A DNA stretch of 64,000 nucleotides from a virus. The position numbers and the translations under genes are program-made. Position 1 is the stretch's first letter; every line of letters starts with the position of its first letter. Below the pieces are notes generated by a model. It had not been told where the DNA came from, searched no databases, and was given only the letters and a program-made list of their open reading frames with translations. The DNA lies in the IMG/VR virus record IMGVR_UViG_3300021961_000073, positions 5,076 to 69,075 of that record; one strand, written 5' to 3'. Shown piece by piece: positions 37,986 to 48,613 of this stretch.

Positions 37986-38447
37986 ATGGAAAAATCATGG
38001 AAGTACCCGTTTTGGGAAAATTATCAAAAAGATCGAATTACTGCAAGACTTTTAATTAAACATAACGACGGTAAAGAGACCTGGTCTACTGCTACTATCA
38101 GTAAATATGATGCAAAGGGTAATCTTAACCCAGATTTTCAAGCGTGTGTGGACCAAAATACAATCGAAGCTATAGACAAGCACACTGCTGAACGGCAAGA
38201 GCGCCATAAGCAAAGAAGAGAAGACGATAAAAAAGCAGATAAGGAAAGAAAACAAGCTAAAAAGCTTGAAGAGCTTTTTAATGATAAATTAGAGATCTTT
38301 GAAATTGATATAGTTAAAAATTCTAAGAATAGACTACTTAAGTCTAAAATCAGGAAAGCCAAAAACCGTTATGAAATGATTGGCTTTTTATCAATATTAA
38401 TGAAAGAAGAATATGATGCCGAAACAGCAGCAGCAGCAGCCGAGTAG
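37986..38447 (+). CDS. Hypothetical protein, candidate fibre assembly chaperone
   Basis: Directly follows the repeat fibres; charged coiled coil and LFNDKLEIFEI.IVKNSKNR.LKSKIRKAK. Confidence 0.55.
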   Translation: MEKSWKYPFWENYQKDRITARLLIKHNDGKETWSTATISKYDAKGNLNPDFQACVDQNTIEAIDKHTAERQERHKQRREDDKKADKERKQAKKLEELFNDKLEIFEIDIVKNSKNRLLKSKIRKAKNRYEMIGFLSILMKEEYDAETAAAAAE

Positions 38448-39210
38448 AGGATTTGTAGTAGTAGCTTCTAAAAAAATTGCTTTCTACTACTCTGCTATAA
38501 ATTTAATAGAATCCATATTAGATTATATGCCTGATGCACAGTTTGCCTTTTTCTGCGAACCGTGGATGAGAGATCATAGGTGCGAAGATCCCAACATTCA
38601 ATTATTTGACTGTGGCGATCATATCAGGGAAAAGCTTTACGGCATGGCTAACTCACCGTTTGACTATACCTTCTACATTGACGCGGACTGTGAATGTTGT
38701 CATGAAGATATTGTTACTATTTGGGATCAATTTGAAGGTGATGATATTAAATTTGTAGAACTTACTAAGGATGAAGTAGCACAAAGATCTTTTGTAGAAG
38801 TAAATGCTAGAATACCTAGTATTGATGCAGATATTGATTTAAGACTTTGTGGTGGTGTTTGTTTATATGATAATAGTAATCCCCTGGTAAAAGAATTTAT
38901 AAGAGACTGGTATGAAAAATATCTTATTCAAGAGGCAATAGGTGAGGCGAAAGAATATGGGCTGCCTAATGTATGGTTTCCTCCTGACACTCCAAGATCT
39001 ATGTTAAGATGGGATCAATTTACTTTATGGTGGATGGTTAATATGGAAGATAAATATAAAGATCTTAAAATAGGAATATTTAAGGAAAATTATAGATGGA
39101 ACTGGTTTACTAGTTTCAGAATAGGGTCTGACGGTAAACATAGATTAGTAGATAAACCACCTGTGATTGTCCACAATTCTGCAAATATGAATAAGGATGC
39201 TGCATACTAA
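38413..39210 (+). CDS. GT-A fold glycosyltransferase (nucleotide-diphospho-sugar transferase-like)
   Basis: GFVVVAS, KLYGMANSPFDYTFYIDAD (DxD), GGVCLY, WDQFTLW, RWNW, VIVH. Confidence 0.75.
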   Translation: MMPKQQQQQPSRGFVVVASKKIAFYYSAINLIESILDYMPDAQFAFFCEPWMRDHRCEDPNIQLFDCGDHIREKLYGMANSPFDYTFYIDADCECCHEDIVTIWDQFEGDDIKFVELTKDEVAQRSFVEVNARIPSIDADIDLRLCGGVCLYDNSNPLVKEFIRDWYEKYLIQEAIGEAKEYGLPNVWFPPDTPRSMLRWDQFTLWWMVNMEDKYKDLKIGIFKENYRWNWFTSFRIGSDGKHRLVDKPPVIVHNSANMNKDAAY

Positions 39211-39893
39211 TGACGATAATGAGGAAGATACAACTGAATAATAAAGAAGTGTTAGAATCTTTAAACAAATATTCTTCACTTATTCAGGAATCTTATCACA
39301 ATGGTAATATGGATAAAGCATTTATGTTGAATTCTGATAGACATACCCGTGACAGATGGATAGCTGACGATTACCGGGATCGAATCATACAAAGATTCGA
39401 TCAACATGAGGGCTACCCAGAAAGTATGAGGTGTTATCACGGTACTGCTCCCTCTAATGGTAGCGATAAAATGGATCGTTTTAAAGATTCGAAAGTAGCA
39501 TATCCTATTAGAGAAGCTGCAGTAGAATTAAATTCAGAAATGATGACTTCTCTTTCAGCTAAAAGAAACGCGCTTTGTGCAACCTACCCGCCGGGTGGAT
39601 GGATTAGCTGGCACAATAATGCAAATGCTTCTGGTTATAATATTCTTTTTACATGGTCTGAAAATGGAAATGGATGGTTTAGATATTATGATTTAGAAAA
39701 AAAAGAAAATGTAACGATCTATGATAAGCCAGGTTGGCAGTGTAAAATGGGATACTTTGGGCCTTATGATAACCCAGATAGTCTTTGCTATCACTGTGCA
39801 TCAACTGAGGATCTTAGGATTACTGTAGCTTACATGTTTATCGAAGCAGATAACTTCTGGGAAGAAGTAGTCTATGACATTGAAAACGGTTAA
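39210..39893 (+). CDS. 2OG-Fe(II)/cupin-like dioxygenase
   Basis: YPPGGWISWHNN...CYHCA....RITVAY (HxN...H...R). Confidence 0.6.
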   Translation: MTIMRKIQLNNKEVLESLNKYSSLIQESYHNGNMDKAFMLNSDRHTRDRWIADDYRDRIIQRFDQHEGYPESMRCYHGTAPSNGSDKMDRFKDSKVAYPIREAAVELNSEMMTSLSAKRNALCATYPPGGWISWHNNANASGYNILFTWSENGNGWFRYYDLEKKENVTIYDKPGWQCKMGYFGPYDNPDSLCYHCASTEDLRITVAYMFIEADNFWEEVVYDIENG

Positions 39894-40629
39894 TGTCGTA
39901 TGCGTTAAATGGGGTAAAACCTATACCTACGAACATGTAAATAGACTTTTTAAAATGGTTAAGAGGAATCTTTCGATCCCTTTTACATTCTATTGTTTAA
40001 CCGAAGATCCTGAAAATTTAAACAACGAAATAGTACCAATTCTCCTAAACGAAGAATTATGTTTAGAAGGATTTTGGTGGAAGATGTGTATGTTCCAAAG
40101 ATCCTTATATAAGGAAGATTTACCCACATTATATTTTGACATTGACACAATTATACAAAAAGATATTACTTCATTCTTCGATAATTTTCAAGAAGATAAA
40201 ATTAGAATACCTTATCTTGGTGCATATCCAGAAGGAGATGCTTATAAAAATCCTGCAGTAGTAAATTCTTCAATTATGCTATTTAGACCTAGCAAATCAG
40301 AAAAAATATTTAATTCATTTATACAGGATGCTGATTACAATATAATTGAATATCAGGGCGTTTGTCGATATTTATGGGGCAAACATAGTGACAATTTAAT
40401 ATATTATAATTATATGAATCATTTTTATTCTGCGATATCAGTTCCCTATGTAGCGAAGCTATATAGAGATGGTATGGAAAAATATAAAGGAAAAGTAAAA
40501 TCTAAAATTCGTCGAGGCTCTGTAGCATATTTTTATATAGAAGATGTTCCAGTCTGTCTCCTAAACGGAGCTACCAGAGATGGTGTCCTAGATCAACTTT
40601 ATGAGAAATTTTCTTCGTATTACGATTAA
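39874..40629 (+). CDS. Glycosyltransferase (GT-A)
   Basis: VVCVKWG..Y...HVNRL..MV.RNL..PF.FYCLTED, WWK..MF, LYFDID, NSSIM. Confidence 0.8.
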   Translation: MTLKTVNVVCVKWGKTYTYEHVNRLFKMVKRNLSIPFTFYCLTEDPENLNNEIVPILLNEELCLEGFWWKMCMFQRSLYKEDLPTLYFDIDTIIQKDITSFFDNFQEDKIRIPYLGAYPEGDAYKNPAVVNSSIMLFRPSKSEKIFNSFIQDADYNIIEYQGVCRYLWGKHSDNLIYYNYMNHFYSAISVPYVAKLYRDGMEKYKGKVKSKIRRGSVAYFYIEDVPVCLLNGATRDGVLDQLYEKFSSYYD

Positions 40630-40647
40630 TTTTAAAAGTGCTTCTGT

Positions 40648-40655
40648 TATAAATA
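40648..40655 (+). promoter_or_regulatory. Late promoter (TATAAATA)
   Basis: Exact consensus in intergenic space. Confidence 0.8.
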
Positions 40656-40689
40656 AAGCAGAATATTTAACTTAAGCTAAGAGTATGTA

Positions 40690-41040
40690 ATGGCACAATA
40701 CGAAGATCTCATGATTGATCAAGGAACTGATGTTGCTATTGAGCTAGATCTCCTTGACAAAGACGGTGATAGAAAAAACCTTGCCGGTTATTCTGTTGCT
40801 GCGAAAATGAAGAGAACGTATAATAGTGATAGTGATAATACTACAACTTTTTCAGGTCTTATTACAGATGCCAGCAAAGGTCAAATTACACTTAGCTTAA
40901 CCAATACACAAACTGATGCTTTAAAAGCTGGTCGTTATGTATATGATGTAGAGATTTCGTATGTTGATAGTGATTCAAATACTATCATCGAAAGAATCCT
41001 TGAGGGAAATATACACGTTTCACCATCTGTTACAAGGTAA
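40690..41040 (+). CDS. Ig/BppU-like virion adaptor protein
   Basis: L.IDQGTD, LAGYSVAAKM, G.ITLSLT..QT.AL.AGRYVYDVEI, RILEG.I.VSP.VT. Confidence 0.75.
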   Translation: MAQYEDLMIDQGTDVAIELDLLDKDGDRKNLAGYSVAAKMKRTYNSDSDNTTTFSGLITDASKGQITLSLTNTQTDALKAGRYVYDVEISYVDSDSNTIIERILEGNIHVSPSVTR

Positions 41041-41044
41041 ATGA

Positions 41045-41281
41045 ATGACCATTAAGGCGAATGTCCGAGAACAACAGACAGTAGTTAAAACTATTGTGGT
41101 AGGGACCCCTATTCGTAGGGTGTCTAATTCTACATCAGTTAGTGTTGATAATATATCTGGAATTTCTACCTCAGGCAGAGCAGATGGCGCAGTGCTAATT
41201 TGGAATGGTACTACTGAACAATATGAACCTAAAACAGAAATTTCTAACGCAAACACATCCTTTAACGGGGGCAACTTCTAA
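41045..41281 (+). CDS. Small fibre connector protein
   Basis: ADGAVLIWNG....Y fibre motif; C-terminal NGGNF. Confidence 0.6.
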   Translation: MTIKANVREQQTVVKTIVVGTPIRRVSNSTSVSVDNISGISTSGRADGAVLIWNGTTEQYEPKTEISNANTSFNGGNF

Positions 41282-42891
41282 TGGCAATTATTCGTATTAA
41301 ACGTTCAACCCTGGCATTAGCGCCCTCCAGTCTATCGACTGCAGAACTAGCTTACACCATGGGTACAGGCACTGCCAGTAATGGTGGTGACAGATTATAC
41401 TTCGGTAAAGGTGACGACGGATCAGGTAACGCTACTTCAATCGTAGTTATTGGCGGTGAATATTTCGTCAATATGCTAGATCATACACCGGGCACTTTAA
41501 CCGCCTCGAGTGCTATTATTACAGATTCTGCTAATAAGATCGATCAGTTAAATATTGATAATCTAACAATCAATGGAAATACTATTTCCGCACAAAATAC
41601 GGATGGAAGTATTTTTATCCACCCTGATGGTGCTGGCACAGTAGATGTTGATAACCATAGAATTACTAATGTAACTGATCCAACTGGTGCACAAGATGCG
41701 GCAACAAAAAATTATGTTGATGGCTTAATTGGGGGTGGCGCTGCAGCCTTTAGAATAACTGCTGATGTAGGATTAGATTCAGATGAGATTGCAACTGGAG
41801 GATTAGTCCGAATCGTAGGTGATTCAGATATATTAACTACACTTGCTAATAACGAAATCACTATATCCCACAGATCTTCAGACGTTAGCCCAGGCACTTA
41901 TGGATCTGCCACAGAAATTCCAGTTATCACAGTTAATTCTAACGGCCACGTAGATGCCATTAGCACAGCAAGCGTTGCTACTGTTTTAAATGTTAGTACT
42001 GATAGTGGTTCCGGCGTCAGTATAGATCTATTAGATTCCAATCTCACGCTATCGAGTGGCGAAGGTATTAACGTATATCAAAGTAATGGTACAACGATCG
42101 TAATCCAAGCTGAAGAAGCTTCGGATATTAATAAGGGCGTAGCATCGTTTGATAATACGGACTTTACCGTTACAGACGGAAATGTGGTAGTCAATGCTAT
42201 CACACTTGGTACTACTTCTCTTAACCCCGGTGAGACCGATTCTAGTCTTGATGGACTATCCGCAATTGGCGTAGGCGATATCTTAATTGGTGGTGCACCT
42301 GGTAACAATGTAATTAGCTCCAAGTCAGGCGGTTTCCTTTACATTGATCCTAATCCAACAGGCGACTCAGCTGGAGGATATGGTGGTTCATTAGTTATTC
42401 GCGGTAACCTAACTGTCCAAGGCACTACTACAACCGTTAACTCTACAACAGTTTCTATTAATGATGTAAACCTTGTACTTGCTGATTCAGCAGCTGATGC
42501 AGCTGCAGCAGATGGCGCTGGTATTACGATCGGCGGTGCATCTTATTCAGGTACAAAGGCTACTATAACCTATGACGGTGCTAATGACCGTTGGGACTTT
42601 AATAAGCCTCTTGATATATCATATAATACACTTGATAGTGCGGTCTTCTTAGGCGGCGTTGGATTAGGTGAAAGAATTGAAGATCATTTATCAAACTTCT
42701 TCTTAGAAGGTGAAGGTATTGATATTACGTACAATGATGGAGCTGGTTCGATGACCTTCTCAGCTGAAGTTGCTACGGCAGCTTATACAGCTGGTGGAGC
42801 AAATCTTGGCGTTGCATCGTTTAACGACAGTGACTTTACCGTTACCTCTGGTTATGTAAGAATTGATACGGTAGACGGGGGAACATTTTAA
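41281..42891 (+). CDS. Tail fibre-like protein
   Basis: N-terminal IRIKRS...ELAY, DPT.AQDAATKNYVD, GTYGS...IPVITV, GNLTVQGTTTTVNST; C-terminal DGGTF. Confidence 0.75.
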   Translation: MAIIRIKRSTLALAPSSLSTAELAYTMGTGTASNGGDRLYFGKGDDGSGNATSIVVIGGEYFVNMLDHTPGTLTASSAIITDSANKIDQLNIDNLTINGNTISAQNTDGSIFIHPDGAGTVDVDNHRITNVTDPTGAQDAATKNYVDGLIGGGAAAFRITADVGLDSDEIATGGLVRIVGDSDILTTLANNEITISHRSSDVSPGTYGSATEIPVITVNSNGHVDAISTASVATVLNVSTDSGSGVSIDLLDSNLTLSSGEGINVYQSNGTTIVIQAEEASDINKGVASFDNTDFTVTDGNVVVNAITLGTTSLNPGETDSSLDGLSAIGVGDILIGGAPGNNVISSKSGGFLYIDPNPTGDSAGGYGGSLVIRGNLTVQGTTTTVNSTTVSINDVNLVLADSAADAAAADGAGITIGGASYSGTKATITYDGANDRWDFNKPLDISYNTLDSAVFLGGVGLGERIEDHLSNFFLEGEGIDITYNDGAGSMTFSAEVATAAYTAGGANLGVASFNDSDFTVTSGYVRIDTVDGGTF

Positions 42892-42892
42892 T

Positions 42893-42928
42893 TATAAATA
42901 CTAAGTCCGGTATTTTTATACCGGACTT
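42893..42928 (+). promoter_or_regulatory. Late promoter immediately followed by a perfect 11-bp hairpin
   Basis: TATAAATA 42893-42900; AAGTCCGGTAT-TTTT-ATACCGGACTT 42903-42928. Confidence 0.75.
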
Positions 42929-42955
42929 TAAACAAGGACCTTTTTAGGGATTGAT

Positions 42956-43450
42956 ATGGCTACTATTCGATTAAAGAAGTCCTCAGTGGCTTCAAATGCA
43001 CCAGGTATTGGCGATCTTGCCTACGGCGAGATTGCTATTAACTATGCTGACGGTCGTTTATACTATAAAAATTCCTCGAATGTCATTAAAAACTTTGTAG
43101 ACTCCGATTTGATGCAATCAAGCATTAACGCCGCCATTAGCGGTGCCGGCAACATAATGCTTTCAGACGGTTCTGTTACTATGACAGGCGTCTTAGATAT
43201 GGGTGCATTCAGGATCACTGATCTTGGTGCACCGTCGACAGCAAGTGATGCTACTAATAAGGCCTATGTCGATTCTTCAGTTCAAGAGGCTTTATCAGCT
43301 ATCGGAGCTTCAATTTTTCCAGCAGGGGTTTATGGACGTGTAGATTCCGCTGGTGGTCTTGACGCCTTTGGAATAGCGGTCGATGTTAACTACGATTGCC
43401 GGACTCAACCAGCAGGAAACTTAATTACAAAAGACCTAGGCGGTCTGTAG
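42956..43450 (+). CDS. Short fibre connector protein
   Basis: IRLKKSSV...P...L.YGEIAINYADGRLYYKN, DATNKAYVD, C-terminal DLGGL. Confidence 0.7.
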   Translation: MATIRLKKSSVASNAPGIGDLAYGEIAINYADGRLYYKNSSNVIKNFVDSDLMQSSINAAISGAGNIMLSDGSVTMTGVLDMGAFRITDLGAPSTASDATNKAYVDSSVQEALSAIGASIFPAGVYGRVDSAGGLDAFGIAVDVNYDCRTQPAGNLITKDLGGL

Positions 43451-43462
43451 AGGGAAATTTAG

Positions 43463-46102
43463 ATGCCTACAGTTGTTCAATTTAGAAGAGGTACTACGGC
43501 ACAGAACGATGCCTTTACTGGTGCGGCCGGTGAGATTAGTGTAGATACGGACCTACTAGTTCTTAGGGTCCACGACGGCTCGACCCAAGGTGGTCATGCC
43601 CTGATGGATGCTAGCTCATCACAAATTATTACTAATAAAAGATACGGAAGTCACTTACTCCCTTCTGCAGATAGTACCTATGATCTTGGTGATTCAGCAA
43701 TAAAATGGAGATCATTATACCTTTCCGGTAATACAATATACCTTGGTAACATTCGATTATCTGCTGTCGATGGATCCTTACAGATCTTAGATAGTAATGG
43801 TGTAACAGGTACTACTAGTTTTGATCTTGGACAGAATTCCACTTCAGACCTATCTGAAGGAACTAACTTATATTATACGACTGCAAGAGCAGATTCGGCT
43901 TTTGATGTACGGTTAGCAACTAAAACAACGACAAACGTAGCTGAAGGGTCTAACTTATATTATACATCTGCAAGAGCAGATTCGGATGCTAAAAATGCTA
44001 TTAGTGTATCTGGTGATCTTAGCTATAATCCAGCAACAGGCGTCATTAGTTTAAATGTAGAGGCACAATATACTCAAGCTAATTTTGAATCAGATTTAGG
44101 TGCAGCTATTGCCGGTGGTACTGGTATTACCTACGATTCTTCTACAGATACAATTAGCATTACAAACACAGGCGTTTCTGCAGGAACATACGGTTCTACT
44201 ACAGCAATTCCGGTATTCACAGTTAATGCTCAAGGTCAGATAGATTCAGCTGGTACAGTTGCAGTAGCAGGTGTAGATTCTGCACATTATAATACATCAA
44301 CTGGTGCATTTACAATTTATACTGCAGATGGTGGTAGTTTAAGTGACACCATTACTTTAGCACCATTTACTACAACAGACGTTACATTTGCTAAAATCAC
44401 AGGTGATTCAGCTTCAGTCGGTCAAGTTAACTTCCGAACAAACTGGGTTGATAGCCATATCCCAGTAACCGAAGGCGCTGTTTGGTACGATCCGTATCAT
44501 AAGAACCTAAACTACTACGCTGATGTCGATCATCCAATCGAAATCGGTATGCAGATGGTTGAAAGGGTTTACAATAATACTGGATCAACAATTGCTAAAG
44601 GTGCACCACTCTACTATTCAGGCAACTATACAAACGATGCTGGACAAGAATCTCCAACGGTAGCTCTAGCAGATGCTACATCAGCAAGTGCATATAACGT
44701 TCAAGGTCTTGCTGGCGAGGCTATAGCAAATGGCTCATACGGTCTTATCGTAGTTGCAGGTGTTATTGATGGATTCGATACTTCTGGACTAACAGCAGGT
44801 CAAAACTTCTTCGTTGGTCTTACACCAGGTGCAGTACAAAATGCTCCTCCGGCTTATCCTAACTATCCAATGTGTCTTGGTTGGGTTATTAAATCAGATG
44901 CTACTTCTGGTAAGGTAATTATCAATCAACAGAATCACTCAGTCAACACATTCCGTGTTCAAGGTAATACGCACATCGGTGCGGATCTTAGAATCGACGG
45001 AGACTTAACTGTTGTTGGTTCACAGATTATTACCTCTACTCAAAACATTTCAATTGGTGGTAATATTCAATATCTGAATGCTGGTAATAGTATCGGCGAA
45101 GCTGGTACAACATTCGTTGGCAGCGGTTTAGATGATGCGTTTTTCTCAGGTCATTATTCTGGAGATTCTGCATCTAAGAGCTTCTTCGTAAAGATCGACG
45201 CAACTGGAACCCCAGATACGTTTGAATGGGGATATGATTCATCAATAGGTACACAGGCAACTGGCATAGCTATTACTGGCTCAGCTCAAATCCTAGACAG
45301 TGCATATGGTATTAGCATCGACTTCGGTGCAACAACTGGTCACACCACTGGTGATAAATGGACTGGTACAGCTACTGCAATAGATATTGATACTGGTATA
45401 TTCTCTAACAGACATACTGGTACAGATTACACTCACGTCGGTTTATTCTTCGACGTATCAGAGAATAAATGGACGTTCTTAAACGATTACGAGCCAGAGC
45501 CGGAAACAACCATTAACCTTGGTGCAGCAGGTACAGTACTTGGTGCTGTTAAAGCAGCATCCTTTGAAGGTGCATTAACTGGTAACGTAACTGGTAATGC
45601 AAGCACTGCAACGATCTTGGCAACCGGTAGAACAATCGGTATGACAGGTGACGTTACTTGGACATCCGCTTCATTTAACGGCAGTGGTAACGTTACCGGA
45701 ACATCCACACTGGCAACAGTTAACTCAAACGTTGGATCGTTTGGATCATCTTCAGCTGTTCCAGCAATTACTGTTAACGCTAAAGGTTTAATAACAGCTG
45801 TTACTGCTACTAGCGTCGATCACGATGCTCTTACAAACTTCGTAGCTAACGAACATATCGACCACAGTGGAGTTACTCTTACAGCAGGTAAAGGATTAAG
45901 TGGCGGTGGTACGATCGCAGCTTCAAGAACATTTAATATTGATTCAGCTGAGCTTACTTCTACATTTGGTGCTACTATCTTTACTGATATTAAAACAAGA
46001 GATGGCGCAGGGTCTGGATTAGATGCTGATACACTCGACGGTCAACAAGGCACTTACTATCGAATAGACGTATACGATGCATCAGGCACATTGCTGAACT
46101 GA
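43463..46102 (+). CDS. Long tail fibre protein with Mtd_N-like N-terminus
   Basis: [42 protein letters not shown] repeats, [12 protein letters not shown]-terminal [10 protein letters not shown]. Confidence 0.8.
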   Translation: MPTVVQFRRGTTAQNDAFTGAAGEISVDTDLLVLRVHDGSTQGGHALMDASSSQIITNKRYGSHLLPSADSTYDLGDSAIKWRSLYLSGNTIYLGNIRLSAVDGSLQILDSNGVTGTTSFDLGQNSTSDLSEGTNLYYTTARADSAFDVRLATKTTTNVAEGSNLYYTSARADSDAKNAISVSGDLSYNPATGVISLNVEAQYTQANFESDLGAAIAGGTGITYDSSTDTISITNTGVSAGTYGSTTAIPVFTVNAQGQIDSAGTVAVAGVDSAHYNTSTGAFTIYTADGGSLSDTITLAPFTTTDVTFAKITGDSASVGQVNFRTNWVDSHIPVTEGAVWYDPYHKNLNYYADVDHPIEIGMQMVERVYNNTGSTIAKGAPLYYSGNYTNDAGQESPTVALADATSASAYNVQGLAGEAIANGSYGLIVVAGVIDGFDTSGLTAGQNFFVGLTPGAVQNAPPAYPNYPMCLGWVIKSDATSGKVIINQQNHSVNTFRVQGNTHIGADLRIDGDLTVVGSQIITSTQNISIGGNIQYLNAGNSIGEAGTTFVGSGLDDAFFSGHYSGDSASKSFFVKIDATGTPDTFEWGYDSSIGTQATGIAITGSAQILDSAYGISIDFGATTGHTTGDKWTGTATAIDIDTGIFSNRHTGTDYTHVGLFFDVSENKWTFLNDYEPEPETTINLGAAGTVLGAVKAASFEGALTGNVTGNASTATILATGRTIGMTGDVTWTSASFNGSGNVTGTSTLATVNSNVGSFGSSSAVPAITVNAKGLITAVTATSVDHDALTNFVANEHIDHSGVTLTAGKGLSGGGTIAASRTFNIDSAELTSTFGATIFTDIKTRDGAGSGLDADTLDGQQGTYYRIDVYDASGTLLN

Positions 46103-46127
46103 TAAATAAAAGGAAAAAGGTTAGAAT

Positions 46128-46883
46128 ATGGCTAATCCTAGTACTAGACAAGGCCTGATCGATTACTGCCTAAGAAGACTAGGCGATCCAGTAATTGAAA
46201 TTAACCTTGATCCAGATCAAATCGAAGATCGTATAGACGAAGCTATCCAGTATTGGAGAGAGTATCACTCTGATGCTACGTACAGAACGTATGTAACCCA
46301 TCTGGTAACTGATAGTGACGTAAGCAACGAATACGTTGACGTTTCGAGTGATGTGTTACAAGTCACAAGATTATTCCGTATTTCTTCATCTTTCAATACA
46401 TCTTTTAATTTCTTTGATATCAAATATCAAATGATGCTAAATGACATTGCCGATATGCAAAACTTTGCTGGCGATCTAGCATACTACGAACAATTGAATC
46501 AGTATCTTTCCCTTCTCGATATGAAGCTTAATGGACATCCGCAGACTACTTGGTCTAGACATCAGAATAGATTATATCTACATGGTGACTTTGCAGATAA
46601 AGATGTCAAAGCAGATGAATACATTGTGTATGAAGCTTATAAAACAGTAGATCCCTCCACACATACTGCAGTATATAACGATATGTGGTTAAAAGAGTAT
46701 AGCACTGCATTGCTTAAGCAACAGTGGGGATCAAATTTAAGTAAATTCGAAGGCATGCAATTACCAGGTGGTGTTACCCTAAACGGTAGACAGATATATG
46801 ATGACGCTACAACGGATATAGATAAACTTAGGGAGAAAATTAGACTCGACTTTGAAATGCCACCAGACTTCTTCGTAGGGTAA
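46128..46883 (+). CDS. gp13: Neck protein gp13
   Basis: RQGLIDYCLRRLG.PVIEIN...QIEDRIDEA, WLKEY.TAL.KQQWG.NL.KF.G.QLPGGVTLNG. Confidence 0.95.
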   Translation: MANPSTRQGLIDYCLRRLGDPVIEINLDPDQIEDRIDEAIQYWREYHSDATYRTYVTHLVTDSDVSNEYVDVSSDVLQVTRLFRISSSFNTSFNFFDIKYQMMLNDIADMQNFAGDLAYYEQLNQYLSLLDMKLNGHPQTTWSRHQNRLYLHGDFADKDVKADEYIVYEAYKTVDPSTHTAVYNDMWLKEYSTALLKQQWGSNLSKFEGMQLPGGVTLNGRQIYDDATTDIDKLREKIRLDFEMPPDFFVG

Positions 46884-46886
46884 ATC

Positions 46887-47807
46887 ATGGCCAGAAACGT
46901 TTATTTCAGTCAAGCCGTAAAATCTGAGCAGAATCTTTACGAAGACATTATCATTGAGTCTATGAAAATCTATGGTCAGGACGTTTATTACCTACCAAGA
47001 GATACAGTAAAAGAAGATAGGGTATTAGGCGACGAGATCCCGTCACGCTTTAACTCATCATATAAAGTTGAAATGTACATTGAGAATGTTGAAGGGTTTG
47101 ATGGCGAAGGTGATCTGTTTACAAGATTCGGCGTAGAGATACGAGACGAAGCTACATTCATTGTAGCTAGAAAACGTTGGGCTAATACTGTTTCCCGATA
47201 CGATAACGAAATTACATCAGTAAGACCTTTAGAAGGTGATCTGATATATCTGCCTATGAGTAATTCATTATTCCAAATCATGCATGTTGAGCACGAACAA
47301 CCGTTCTATCAATTACAGAATCTACCTACCTACAAAATGCGTTGTCAACTATTCGAGTACAACGACGAAGATTTTGACACTGGCGTAGATGCTGTCGATA
47401 AGATCGAAAAAGACTACGCTTACAGATATTCGGTTACCCTTGATAGCGCATCTTATGGATATGCAATTGGTGACATTGTTACTTCCACACTGACAGACGG
47501 AACCGTACTTAGTGGTGAAGTTGCAAGATGGTCTGATTCAGATCTTACCCTACATCTTATACATGTTGGTGCGGATGATGGAAATTATCATACTTTCACC
47601 GCAACTAATACTATTGTAAATTCTACGCTTGGTGGCGGAAGTGGTACCATCGGTGATCCTTATTACTATGCAAACGGTACTATCGTCTCAGCTTCTGAAA
47701 TTAATACTATATCGTCAAATGAACAAAATGACGATTTTGATACTACATCATCGGATCTGGATTTCTTAGACTTCAGTGAAGATAATCCGTTCGGAGATCC
47801 GCAATAA
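46887..47807 (+). CDS. gp14: Neck protein gp14
   Basis: EQNLYEDIIIES.KIYGQDVYYLPR, FGVEI.DE, RPLEGDLIY, VEHEQPFYQ, FSEDNPFG. Confidence 0.95.
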   Translation: MARNVYFSQAVKSEQNLYEDIIIESMKIYGQDVYYLPRDTVKEDRVLGDEIPSRFNSSYKVEMYIENVEGFDGEGDLFTRFGVEIRDEATFIVARKRWANTVSRYDNEITSVRPLEGDLIYLPMSNSLFQIMHVEHEQPFYQLQNLPTYKMRCQLFEYNDEDFDTGVDAVDKIEKDYAYRYSVTLDSASYGYAIGDIVTSTLTDGTVLSGEVARWSDSDLTLHLIHVGADDGNYHTFTATNTIVNSTLGGGSGTIGDPYYYANGTIVSASEINTISSNEQNDDFDTTSSDLDFLDFSEDNPFGDPQ

Positions 47808-48613
47808 TGCTTGGCACATATTTCTATCATGAACGTATAAGAAAAAGCGTAGCCATGTTTGGCTCCTTGTTTAATAACATATATGTGCTTCGAAAAAATG
47901 CAAGCGGTGAGGTATTAAGCCAGGTAAAGGTTCCCTTGGCATATGCACCAAGAAGAGATTATATAGAGCGTATAAGAGAAAATCCTGATTTAGATACAGA
48001 TACCAAGGTTGCACTTAAACTACCACGTATGTCTTTTGAGGTTCTTGGTTATTCTTATGCACCAGAAAGACAGCTAACCAAAATAGGAAAAAGAACTCCT
48101 ACTGCTACTTCTGGAAGTACAAGTCAAAAGGCAAAACTTTTCAATTTTGTTCCCTACAATATTGATATGCAACTTAACGTCTATACTAAGACGCAAGATG
48201 ATGCTTTGCAGATTGTAGAACAAATATTACCATACTTTAGTCCGCAATATAGTTTAACGATTAAACCATTTTCAAACTACGCAGATATAAAAGAAGACGT
48301 TCCTATTATTCTTAACAGTGTATCATATTCTGATGATTTCGAAGGGACATTAGGTGATCGTAGATCTATAATGTACCAATTAGATTTCATAATGCACGCT
48401 AACTTCTATCAAGGTATCGAAGATACAGGTATTATCCGTAAGGTTACTAACAATTTCTATGTTGGTGGTAATTTAAAAGATTCTGATGGATTTGGCGGCG
48501 AGCTTACCCCTTCACCAATATTAACAGTAGAGCCAAATCCTCTTAACGTAAGTCCAGACAGCGATTATGGATTTACTGTAACTCTTAGCAATATACCCGG
48601 AGATTCTGCATAA
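47807..48613 (+). CDS. gp15: Tail sheath stabilizer/terminator gp15
   Basis: YFYHERIRK.V..FG.LFNNI, KVPLAYAP, LPRMSFE, QIVEQILPYF.P. Confidence 0.95.
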   Translation: MLGTYFYHERIRKSVAMFGSLFNNIYVLRKNASGEVLSQVKVPLAYAPRRDYIERIRENPDLDTDTKVALKLPRMSFEVLGYSYAPERQLTKIGKRTPTATSGSTSQKAKLFNFVPYNIDMQLNVYTKTQDDALQIVEQILPYFSPQYSLTIKPFSNYADIKEDVPIILNSVSYSDDFEGTLGDRRSIMYQLDFIMHANFYQGIEDTGIIRKVTNNFYVGGNLKDSDGFGGELTPSPILTVEPNPLNVSPDSDYGFTVTLSNIPGDSA

